From positions 33,202,804 to 33,266,803 of the forward strand of contig NC_090411.1 of the NCBI RefSeq assembly GCF_036365525.1: a stretch of DNA of 64,000 nt, given 5' to 3'. Shown in pieces: positions 13,284 through 23,984 of the stretch. The notes below the pieces were generated by a model. The model did no database searches. It saw nothing but the letters and a program-made list of their open reading frames with translations, and was not told the DNA's origin. Source of the DNA: Heterodontus francisci (Eukaryota). Position 1 is the first letter of the stretch. Every line of letters begins with the position of its first letter. The position numbers and the translations under genes are program-made.

Positions 13284-13780
13284 CTTACATATGAATTTCA
13301 GGCCTGATTTCCTCCGCCAGTCGCTTTCAGGGGATTTTTTTCTCTTGCAAACACACAGCTGAACAATGGAGCAGCCACCATCTTACCACAATGCACTGTC
13401 GGCTCCCCCAGCCCAGCGCGCAGACGCGGGCGCCACCGAGCACGCCGGGAGTTGTAGTTTGGCGGCAGCGGCTGTTGCCATGGAAGCGAAGGGCGCCGGG
13501 CCAGGTGGAAAGACTGCAACACCCAGGATGCAAGGCGCGGCGGGGGGCTGAGCGGAAGCGGGGAAGGACGAGGGGCGGGCGGAGCGGCCCGGAGATTGCC
13601 GAAGAGGGTGGGAGAGGGGGCGGGGCGGGCCGGCTGAGCCCTGACGGAGATTGCCGAAGGGGGTGGGAGTGGAACCGGGGCGGCCTGGCTGAGCCCTGAC
13701 GGAGATTGCCGAAGCGGAGGGAGGAGGTGGGGCGGGAGTCCCGAGCCCTGACGGAGATTGCCGAAGCCTTTGAGCTGCTT
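13284..13780. promoter_or_regulatory. CpG-island promoter, probably of the minus-strand gene and possibly bidirectional
   Basis: Sharp GC/CpG enrichment. ZNF143-type ACTACAACTCCCGGCGTGC (minus, 13440-13458), YY1-like AAGATGGTGGC (minus, 13374-13384), RFX X-box-like GTTGCCATGGAAGC (13474-13487), several GGGGCGG GC boxes. Minus-strand donors at about 13283-13288 and 13142. Confidence 0.8.
13590..13766 (+). repeat. Four-unit minisatellite (52-55 bp period) in the CpG island
   Basis: GGAGATTGCCGAAG at 13591, 13646, 13701 and 13753. Three copies carry the full GAGCCCTGACGGAGATTGCCGAAG core. Spacers are G-rich and variable. Confidence 0.9.
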
Positions 13781-14064
13781 CTTAAAGGGGAAGGCACAAG
13801 CTATAGGAAGCAGAGTTTGCACTTTGGGCGCAATCGGGAAACTTGTGCCCAAAAAATGCACTGCTTAGCTTACGGTTCAAATTGCTGCTGGTATTCATCT
13901 GCATAAACATGAAAAGCTCCAAACAGTGGCGTTTTGATGAAAGGTCATTGACCTGAAACATTAACTCGTTTTCTATCTCCATAGATGCTGCCAGAGCGCT
14001 GAGCATTTCCAGCACTTCCTATTTTTATTTTAGATTTCCAGCAACCATACTATTTTGTATTCGA

Positions 14065-14960
14065 GGTCCAAAGAGTCTTCAGGGGTCCAGGTACATAGAT
14101 CATTAAAATGGCACGAACAGGTACAGAAAATTATCAAAAAGGCTAATGAAATGCAAGAAAGAAATGAAAGTCTTGCATTTATATAGTGCCTTTCATGACC
14201 ACCAGACATCTCAAAGCACTTTACAGCCAATGAAATACTTTTGAAGTGCAGTCACTGTTGTAATGTAGGAAATGCCTGCACCACATGGACTGCAGCGGTT
14301 TAAGAAGGCAGCTCACCACCACCTTCTCAAGGGCAATTAGGGATGGGCAATAAATGCTAGCAACACTCACATCCCATGGAAGAATAAAAAAATGTCCTTT
14401 ATATCTAGAGGCCTAGAATACAAGGGTGTAGAAGTCATGCATCAGCTGTACAAAGCCTGGTTAGACCACACCTCGAGTTACTACGAGCAGTTCTGGACAC
14501 CACACCTTAGGAAGGATATATTGGAGGGAGTGCAGAATGATACCTGGCCTCCAAGGGTTAAGTTACGGAGAGATTACCCACACCCGGATTGTAGTTCCTA
14601 GAATTTAGAAGATGGAGAAGTGATTTGATCAAAGTTTTCAAGACATTAAGGGGATCAGATAGGGTAGATAGAGAGAAAATATTTCCGCTGGTTGGGGTAT
14701 CTAGGAGTAGGATGCAGAGTCTAAAGATTAGACTCAGGAGTGAAATTAGGAAGCACTTTTACACACAAAGTTTGGAACTCTCTTCCACAAACGGCAATTG
14801 ACACTAGATCAATTATTAATTTTAAATCTGAGATTGATAAATTTTTGTGAACCAAAGGTATCCCTTAAGGGACCTTAATGGAGGTTGGTCACAGATTGGC
14901 CATGATCTCAATGAACAGGCTTGAGGGGCTGAATGGCCTCATCCTGTTCCTAGGTTCCTT
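14065..14960 (+). mobile_element. CR1 LINE fragment interrupted by SINE/LINE-tail insertions (about 14155-14390)
   Basis: Peptide FISRGLEYKGVEVMHQLYK...FWTPHLRKDI and a CR1 tail at about 14920-14955. Confidence 0.7.
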
Positions 14961-15070
14961 TTCTTTCTTAAATAAAAGCAAAATACTGCAGATACTGGAA
15001 ATCTGAAATAAAAACAAGAAATGCTGGAAATAGTCAGCAGGTCTGGCAGCATCTGTGGAGAGAGAAGCAG

Positions 15071-15107
15071 AGTTAACGTTTCAGGTCAGTGACCCTTCTT
15101 CAGAACT
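15071..15107 (-). ncRNA. Minimal type I hammerhead-ribozyme-like motif
   Basis: AGUU-CUGAAGA-A-GGGUC(ACU)GACCU-GAAAC-GUU-AACU, with core, stem II, palindromic stem III and stem I AGUU/AACU. Confidence 0.55.
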
Positions 15108-15263
15108 GGCAAATATTAGAAATGTACATATTGTTTGCCTTTGCTCCATGACCTTCTGGTCAGCTATTCTGTGACCTTATCCTATCTACACCTTCTCCTC
15201 TGTTATCTCTTGCCCCACCCCCGCTTTACTTGCTTATAACCTTTCACATTTCTAATATTTGCC

Positions 15264-15300
15264 AGCTCTGAAGAACGGTCACTGACCTGAAACGTTAACT
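15264..15300 (+). ncRNA. Minimal hammerhead-like motif (slightly degenerate copy)
   Basis: AGCU-CUGAAGA-ACGGUCACUGACCU-GAAAC-GUU-AACU. Confidence 0.4.
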
Positions 15301-17879
15301 TTGCCTCTCTCTCCACAGATGCTGCCAGACCTGCTGGCTATTTCCAGCATTTCTTGTTTTTATTCCTTTTCTTTCTTGACTGACTGAAAGATACCAGTAA
15401 GCATTATGGCATGAAAGGGTAATGGAGAAATTGGACTGAAACATGTCCCTTTTAAGTAATAGTTACTTTGCATTGGCTGCTGTAGGAAACTCTCTTAGAA
15501 ATGCAGGTTCATTTACAAATTGTTCTTGTTTATTGCGGCCAAGAATGATACCTGAGTCTTCACTGTCCAGAGGTGTAATACCACATTGTTCTTGCAGGTG
15601 GCGCTTGGGCCCTGGAGCCCATTATCACCCCCACTAGGGATCAAATGGTACTGCAACTGCAAAAGCCACAATTGAGGGCGCACCGAGCACCAAAACTGCC
15701 TTGACTGTGAATCAGTTCCATCATGCACCAGTGTTACAGCTGTAACAATTTTCTTCACTCCACCATTGGCAGCCATGCCTTCAGCCCTGCCTACATCCTA
15801 ACCTCCGGAATTCCCTCCCTAAACCTCTCCACCTCTCCTTTAAGATGCTGCTTAAAACCTACCCCTGACCAAGTGTCCTAATGTCTCTTTTATGTGGCTT
15901 GCTGTCAGATTTTGTCTGTTAATTGCTCCTGTGAAGCGCCTTGTGGCATAAAGGTACTATCTAAATCCAAGTTGTTGTTGTATCATACCATGCAGCTGTT
16001 TCTGGAGTCACGGGTCTGCCTGGAGGAGAAAGCCTCACTTTAAAACACTCTGGACCCGGGCCACACCCTGACACCAGGTTTATGTGGCACAAATCTTTAA
16101 CATCGGTGCGATGTGGAAATTGTTTCACACCATTGCTAAACTTGTAGTGTGAAGGCAGTCTGAACCTGTAATGAATCAGCTGAGAAAATGAGAGACAGCA
16201 TGACGAATGAAAAAGTGCCCACGTTCTTCAGATGATCTTCAGTGACCAAATCGCACGATCTTCCTCCTAATCCCACAAAAATGTTGACTATTAAGCTCCT
16301 AGAACGTTTCCAAAATGGTGATTTTGCTGGCAACGTTGTGAATTTTATGCACCAGTTCCCCAAAATAATAGATGTGGTCAGACTCCTATTCAGTCACATA
16401 GACTTGAAAGTCCTTGGGGGCTGGGGTAGACACTTGTAGCCACTATTGCAGTGATACAATAGAGCTCAATATCACAATCACGGTTCAGTGACACCTCTTC
16501 TTTACTGGAAACAGCAAGCATGTGGACATCGGGGGGCAATGGGGGATGGAGGAAAGACTACAGATTTAAGGTAATTGACGAAATGAGGAGAATTTGTTGT
16601 TTAACACCCAGCGCATTGTTGTGATCTGGAATGCGCTGCCTGAAAGCAGATCAGTAGTAACGTTCATTTTTTGGATAAATATTTGAAGGGGGAAAATTTG
16701 CAGGGCTATGGAGAAAGAGCAGGGGGAGTGGGACCAATTGGATTGCTCTTTCAAAGAGCCAGCACAGGCACAATGGGCTGAATGGCCTCCTCCTGAACTG
16801 CGAAGAAATCTGGCTAGCCTCTGATGCCATTGTGGTCGAATATCCTGCTCACACTCAATGACCAGGACTTCAGATAAAGATTGAGTGGAACACCACGTAG
16901 CAGCCAATGACCTGAAGCCCAGTGAGGAGTCAGCGGGGTAGGTTCTCAACTTGCATTTCTGTGGCGCCTTTCACAACCTCAGTCCATCCCAAGCGCTTTA
17001 CAGCCAATGAAGCACATTTGAAGTGTAGTCACTGTGTTAATTTAGGAAACGGAAAGCCAAGCTGTGACACAGACTATGCTTCCTGGAATAACTATACAAG
17101 AGTGTTATACAGTGACAGTTAGCATTCTTGTAAATCCCTAGAATTTCACAAAGAAATAACTCTTAGGAAAATCTGAAGCCTCTCGCTATCTCTAATCATC
17201 AATTTTCAAACAAATAAAGCAAATCGAATGAGACTGAGAATCTGTGAGGAAATCTTTCATCTAATATTTTGGTTAGGTACTTCCCCTTTAAGGCAGGCTG
17301 CCACAGCAATTTGGCAAAATAAAATTCTCCACTTGCCCTTAAGCCGTCGCTTTAAGGGTCCTACCCATTACTTGTTTCCGTGGGGATTGATGGATCAGCT
17401 GGTTTCTTTTGTGTCACTTCTCTCAAGCTACAACCCTGGGTACCTGGTATTTTTGGACCGATCTTTTACAAGCCGTTAAGAAAATGACCTTCCCTCTCAG
17501 GTGAGGCCAGGGAAGTCCTTGAACGAGAGGGATGCTGAATCCGAGCTTCGAGGATCTAAACGAGCAAATTAAACACAGCAGATAAACAACAAAGGTTCAG
17601 AGGGGGCTTCAATTTTTAATCCGGCCCCTCTTGCATTCAAGGTCAGTAAATGTTCTGCTTTCTGGTCCTTTTATGTTCACAGAAAAACGTAGCAAGATAA
17701 CACAAGGGAAAACCCTGGCTAGTTTGTGCTTAGCACATTCCATCTTTACTGAGATGAGAATGAGAGGATCAGGTGATGGTTGAATTGAGAATACAGTTCA
17801 CATGTACCCAGAATTAGATGTGACCGAACACTAAAATTATTTTAAAAGTCAAACATCGCACAACTTTAATTCAGTGTAA

Positions 17880-18277
17880 GAAAGAAATACTGCATTTATA
17901 TAGCACCTACCACGACATCTCAGAGCACTGAAGTACTTTTGAACTGTAGTCACTGCTGTAATGCAGGAAATATGGCAGCCAATTTGTGCACAGCAAGCTC
18001 CCAAAAACAGCAATGAAATAACGACTAGATAATCTGTTTTAGTGACGTTGATTGAGGGGTAAATATTAGCCTGGACGCTGGGGAGAACCTTCCCTGCTCT
18101 TCCTCGAAACAGATCTTTTACATCTACTTGAGTGGGCAAACGGGGCCTCATCCAGAAGGCAGTCACTGTACTGGAGTGTCGGCCTTGATTTTTGTGCTTA
18201 TGTGTCTGGAGTGGGTGTTGAACTCACAAATTTCTAATTTAGAGGCAAAAGTGCTACCAACAGAGCCACAGCTGACA
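17880..18277 (-). mobile_element. Deu-domain tRNA-derived SINE (SacSINE1-like)
   Basis: tRNA-like head at the right end, Deu-like core (gccaatatttatccctcaa...ttgctgtttgtgggagcttgctgtg) and an L2-type tail gctatataaatgca. Confidence 0.7.
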
Positions 18278-19924
18278 GTACACTGGTTATAGTTATTTTC
18301 TCACCTGTCCCCTCCCCCTTTGTGAGGGCAGCAAAAGATGAATTGCCCCAATTTTCTCTCTGTCTCTTTTGCCTTGTGAGAAAGTTCCCCGTCTCTCCTT
18401 CTCCTGTGGTACACTGAGATTTAAAGCTCGCTATTTGGCGAGATTCTGACACAGACTTTTGGCATGCGTGTGCCCCATGTGTGGTATTTTACATTGAAAT
18501 GCAACAGTGATCTCAAGATCCATACTTCCAATCTTGCCTCTTTCTCTCCTAACAGCAATAACTCTTTTCTGGAGTGCAGCTCCCAAATGGCTATTCCGTC
18601 AGCCTGAATTTCAGACGGTGAGTGTTGGTAGGCTATTCAACCCTGTAGGGCATCACCATACCACCCAGTCCTATTCTTACCTGATGTCCACATGTGTACG
18701 TTCCAGGAGTGGGTAAAGCAGGGGATTTTCCCCCTCACTAGCCCTGGGCCCTCCTACCACAACCCCATGTGACAGCAGGGAGCTCCAACCCGAGTACAGC
18801 ATCACATTGGACTGAGCATCCACCCAATACACCACAAGGGAAACTTGTCTTTTTTTTAAAGAGAAAAGTTCAATTGGATCTTTGGAAATTTACATACATT
18901 TCCTACATTCCTACTAACAGCGACTACACTTAACAATAAAAGCATTACATTGGCTTTAAAGTTCTTTGGGACAACCTGAGACTGTGAACAGTGCTATAGA
19001 TATATAAGTGTCCCTTTCTCCCACTCTGTTTCTCTCTCTTTCTCTCTCTCATGCATGAACAGAAGTCCTGTGGCTCTGTTCACAGTAGGTCAAAGTTTGC
19101 ACCTTTTTTATAGGACAGAGGCATTCTACTATGTAACATACAAAGCATTATTCTTCTACCAAAGTGTAGGTGTAGATAATTTAGCATGTCTCTTTAAGAC
19201 CTAAGGTAATATTATGTTCCTTCTGGGGTCAACTAGAGGCTCATTGTTTTCAGGTCTACCTCAGTATCCTTGACTTTAGTGGTTAGGTTGACTTTCCTTC
19301 CTCCTCTCTCCCTTTCTGCTGTTGGGAAAGTTTGAATGATTGTCTTTCACCGTTTGTGATTTAAAAAAAAAATGTGATCCTAGGTGTGACTGCGTGACAC
19401 CTCAAGTGTGGAGGACGAGCGTCAAAATCCCTAGTTGTGGGATTGACCAGAATTAGCCTACCACTCAAATCTCCCCCATGGTTGTTTGACACTCAGCAGA
19501 CGCTGGCCCAGGTTATCCAATTATTATTTTCAAACGTGTGTGTTCATGCAAAGTTTTAAAACAATATCCGTCAGAAAATCTGTTGAGCTGAGCACAAACT
19601 TTTACAATGTGTTTTTGTGCTATTGAATGTGTCGCCTCTCACTGGACTGCTGGTTGTAACACTCCGAGCTGTGAGTCAGAAGGTAATAGGTTCAAGTTTC
19701 ATTCTAGGAAACTTCAGCGCAAAATCTAGACTCAGTCTCAGTATTGAGGGAGCACAGCCTTGTTTGAGGTGCCGTCTTTCGGAGGAGATGTTAAACTGAG
19801 ATCCCACCTGCCCTTTCAGGATGTAAAAGATCCAATTGTCATGATTTTGAAGAAACTCAAGAGAGTTCACCCCAGTGTCCTGGCCGATATTTATTCCTTA
19901 ACCAAAATCGCTAAAACAGATGAT

Positions 19925-20870
19925 CATAGAATGGTCACAGGACAGTAGAAGGCCGTTTGACCCGTCACGTCTGTGCCAACTCTCTGCAAGAGAATTTTAG
20001 TTTATCCCTCTCCCCTGTCCTTTCCCCATAGCTTTGCAAATCTTTTCTCTTCAGGTGCTTATTCAATTACCTTTTGAAAGCACGACTGAATCTGCCTCCA
20101 CCATATTTCAGGGAGTGTATTCCAGATCCTAACCACTCGTTGTAGAAAAAGGGTTTTCCTCGTGTTGTCTGTGGTTCTTTTTTCCAATGTCTTTAAATGG
20201 GTTTCCTCTGGTTCTCAATCCTTCCACGAATGGAAACAGTGTCTCTCTACCATTCTGTCCAGATCCCTCATGATTTTGAACAGCTCTATCAAATCTCTCA
20301 AACTTCTCTTCTCCATGGAGAACAATCCCAGCTTCTTCAATCGATACACGTAACTGAAGTTCCTCCGCGCTGGAATCATTCTTGTGAATATTTCCTGCAC
20401 CCACTCTACTGCCTTCACATCCTTCCTAAAGTGTGGTGCCCAGAACTGGACACAATACTCCAGTTGAAGGCAAACCAGTGTTTTATAAAGGTCCATCATA
20501 ACCTCCTTGCTTTTGTATTCCATGCCTCTATTTGTAAAGCGCAGAATCCTGCATTCCTTTTTAAACGCTTTCTCAACCTGTCCTGCCACCTTCAATGATT
20601 TATGCACATATACCCCAGGTCCCTCTGCTCCTGCCCCCACTTTAGAATTGTATCCTTTTTTTATATTGTTTCTCCTTGTTCTTCCTATCAAAATGTGTCA
20701 CTACACACTTCCCTACATCAAATTTCATCTGTCACATGTCCGTCTGTCTATGTCCTTTTGAAGTCTATCACTATCCCCACAGTTGACAATACTTCTGAGT
20801 TTTGTGTCATCTGAAAATTTTGAAATTGTGCCCTGTACACCCAAGTCTGTGTTGTTAATATATATCAAAA
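19925..20870 (-). mobile_element. 5'-truncated CR1 LINE
   Basis: ORF 20215-20691 (RGMEYKSKEVMMDLYKTLVCLQLEYCVQFWAPHFRKD) plus a tail at the left end. Confidence 0.85.
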
Positions 20871-21650
20871 ATAACTGATCATTTATCTCATCGCTGTTTG
20901 TGGGAGCTTCCTGTGCACAAATTGGCTGCCACGTTTCCTACATTATAACAGAGACAACACTTCGAAAGTACTTCATTGGCTCTGAAGTGCTTTGGAACAT
21001 CCTGAGGTCGTGAAAGGCGCCAGAGAAATGCAAGTTTGATTGGTTTCTCTGTCTTGCGTTCTTTCTTTCTCTCATTCCCTCTCTCTTCCTTCATGGAAAC
21101 TTTACCTTTATATCAAACAGATGCTATTTTGTTTGAAGAAGGGTTCGCTGACAGCTGAGTCAGTAAGTCCCCACAGCGGAGTGCTGCTGAGCCATACAGA
21201 TGTGGAAAGTCTCAGGTTCCGTCCTCTTGTGCTGAGGGAGTTAATCTCAAACCAGATGGTGGTGAAAGTGCCACACTCAGCTTGAGGAGACCTGAGCAAA
21301 GGACAGGAAAGAGAATCAGCCAGGTTCTCTGTTCTGGATTGCTACCCATGACACCAGCTGGGTGGAATCGGGCTTAGCTGTGATGGTCTGCACAGCTGAA
21401 TAGCTTGGCACCACTTATTGGCTTGGCTCGCTTGGGTGAAGTATTGAACACCATCACAAAAGGGAGGGAGAAAATTAGAGGCATGAGGAAGAAATTAAAA
21501 AAGAAAAATATTCAGACACCTACAATGTTGCTAAACATAGCCCAATAACCAGAATATAGAGGTATTGATGCACAGTCAGGCAGCAAAGAGATTAACCCTT
21601 GTCCATGTTCATTATGGTCCTATAGGTAGCCATATCCACCCACAAGAGCA

Positions 21651-22895
21651 ATGTTGGCGAGAAAGGGAATCATTCCGGAAGAGTATTTACTGACTAGGCT
21701 GGCAGAGGATGACCTGTCACAGCCTCGTTACCGTGCCAAGTCAAGAAAAGCCCGCTTTGTCGCCAAAAGTGGAGGGTGCAATGTGGCCCACAAGAACATC
21801 CGAGAGCAAGGACGCTTTCTTCAAGATGTCTTCACCACCTTGGTCGATCTCAAGTGGCCTTATACACTTGTGATCTTCACCATGTCATTCCTGTGCAGTT
21901 GGATGCTGTTTGCAATACTTTGGTGGCTCATTGCCTTTGCTCATGGAGACCTGGACTCCAAACAGGACAGTGTTGTTCCCTGCATCACCAGCATCACATC
22001 TTTCACATCCGCCTTCCTTTTCTCCATTGAGGTCCAGGTGACCATAGGCTTTGGAAGCAGAATGGTGACTGAGGAATGCCCCTTAGCCATCACAGTCCTG
22101 ATCATCCAGAACATATCGGGCCTCATTGTCAACGCTGTCATGCTGGGCTGCATCTTCATGAAGACTGCCCAGGCAAACCGAAGGGCGGAAACTATCATTT
22201 TCAGCAAGCACGCAGTCATCGCTCAGAGAAATGGGAAATTGTGCTTTATGTTCCGGGTGGGTGACTTAAGAAAAAGCATGATCATCAGCGCCACTATCCA
22301 AATGCAACTGGTGAAGAAGACCACCACCCAGGAAGGAGAAGTGGTCCCCATCTCTCAGATTGACATCCAAGTGGAGAACCCAGTGGGCATCAATGCGATC
22401 TTCCTGGTTTCCCCTCTCATCATTAGCCACACCATTAATGATAAGAGCCCGCTCTACGATCTATCAGCAGCTAGCCTCCAACAAGAAGACCTCGAGGTGG
22501 TTGTCATACTTGAAGGTGTGGTGGAGACCACAGGCATTACTACCCAAGCCAGGACATCTTATTTGCCGGAGGAGATACTTTGGGGCCACAGGTTTGTGCC
22601 CATTGTGACTGAGGAGGAGGGAAGGTACTCGGTTGATTATTCAAAGTTTGGCAACACTATGAGGTCCAAAACCCCACTTTGCAGCACAAGAGAACTAGAG
22701 GCACAGGAGAGAAGCCAAAACCAAACGAACACTGGCCCAAAACTTCACATGAATGCCCTGAGGGAAAGGATTTTCTCCAAGACTGTCAACGTGCCTGGAG
22801 TGCGCATAAAATCATCTGTGCATTTTCAGTCCCTAGATTCTTTAGCAGATTTAGAGTCACAGGAGGGAATTGGGCAACAGTCAGTGCTCCTCTGA
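21651..22895 (+). CDS. kcnj11l: ATP-sensitive inward rectifier K+ channel, Kir6 family, single coding exon (KCNJ11-like, probably Kir6.3)
   Basis: 414-aa intact ORF with [13 protein letters not shown]-terminus, [21 protein letters not shown] slide helix, M1, [11 protein letters not shown] filter, M2 [34 protein letters not shown] and YSKFGNT ATP-site loop. Acceptor cctatag at 21625 just upstream. The family call is secure; the paralog call is an inference. Confidence 0.95.
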   Translation: MLARKGIIPEEYLLTRLAEDDLSQPRYRAKSRKARFVAKSGGCNVAHKNIREQGRFLQDVFTTLVDLKWPYTLVIFTMSFLCSWMLFAILWWLIAFAHGDLDSKQDSVVPCITSITSFTSAFLFSIEVQVTIGFGSRMVTEECPLAITVLIIQNISGLIVNAVMLGCIFMKTAQANRRAETIIFSKHAVIAQRNGKLCFMFRVGDLRKSMIISATIQMQLVKKTTTQEGEVVPISQIDIQVENPVGINAIFLVSPLIISHTINDKSPLYDLSAASLQQEDLEVVVILEGVVETTGITTQARTSYLPEEILWGHRFVPIVTEEEGRYSVDYSKFGNTMRSKTPLCSTRELEAQERSQNQTNTGPKLHMNALRERIFSKTVNVPGVRIKSSVHFQSLDSLADLESQEGIGQQSVLL

Positions 22896-23984
22896 ATCTT
22901 CTTCCCCTGAACCTCCTTAGCTGAAAATCTGCTGTTCCTCCTACCTGCATCTTCACAGTGTTGAAATCATCAGCCACTCCGCTGGCTCTAACTCATTTGG
23001 ACAATAAGGGGATCAAGGGATATGGGGATAGGACGGGAAAGTGGAGTTAAGGTTATAAAACAGCGATGATCTTATTGAATGGTGGAGCAGGCTCGTAGGG
23101 CTTTATAGGCTCCTCCTGCTCCCATTTCTTATCTTCTTATTCTTTACCAGGCCTTTTCAAACTGTGAATCTCCTCACCACCTTTCCTCTTACAATCTACT
23201 GTAGCTACTACCTCCTAGTTTGCCTGGTCTTTGCTCCTATTCTTTCCAATATGGGTAAAGTCCATTATAGGCCTTAACTTTACGCCTTGTGTTTCTTAGT
23301 TAAAAAAAAAAAGACCGTGGAGCTAGATCATAAAGTGACTTAGACACTGGCCATAAGGTTCTCCTCCATGTACAAGAGCCCTACATGAAATGAGGTGGGC
23401 AGCCTCAGTCCACTTCTTAACAGATCCATAGCATGAACACACTTTGGTAATCTCATTTAGGGCAATGGAATAATGGTGAGGAGTGGAAAATATCACACAG
23501 TCACAGTAGGCTGAGCTGAGGCACATTTGTTGAAGCAGAGTAGAAGATTTATCTGCATCTAGCCATGATATATATGAGTTGTTGCTACCAGCGAGTGCCT
23601 GATATGAAAAAGTGTTCCATTCCCCAGCACTGCATTCCTCACTTTAAGCACAAGATTCACGAGGACATTTGGGGAACTAACACAAAGCATCTTGCATTTA
23701 GACTGGACGATAATTGGAATGAAGCACAAGAAGTACGATATGAAGTGTCGAAGCACATCACAACAATTGTCAAGTGGAATGTTCTAATGTGATCTTGGCC
23801 ATCTTCTTCATGTGTAGCCAGTCGCCATGTTTGGGGGTGGGAGTGGGGAAAGGGGCTCATTGGTATCACCCTTGACCCAACAGAGGACAGTTGAATTCCT
23901 TGCAGCAAACCTGGGGAAGGAAGTGGAAGTGGTGGGCAGGCAGCGTGACTTGGGGGAGGAGGATGCGGAGAGTGGGTTGTCACA

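Larger units (their letters stand above)
14971..15364. mobile_element. Penelope-like pseudo-LTR unit with about 120-bp inverted arms
   Basis: 15007-15125 is the reverse complement of 15246-15364. The interior matches the 3' region of the Penelope element at 27980-28256. Confidence 0.75.

Noticed and set aside
13590-13766. CRISPR array (24-bp repeats with about 30-bp spacers)
   Set aside because: Vertebrate CpG-island context, no cas genes, and the spacers are related G-rich sequences, so this is a minisatellite.
13298-13861. 187-aa and 156-aa Pro/Arg-rich ORFs and the overlapping plus-strand ORFs
   Set aside because: Open frames are expected in a GC-rich island with tandem repeats, and there is no domain similarity.
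13800-21600. Terminal exons of an ABCC8/ABCC9 (SUR) gene upstream of Kir6
   Set aside because: I found no NBD2 motifs (for example FSQGQRQL, DEATASID, TIAHR) by eye. tblastn would be needed to exclude very decayed remnants.
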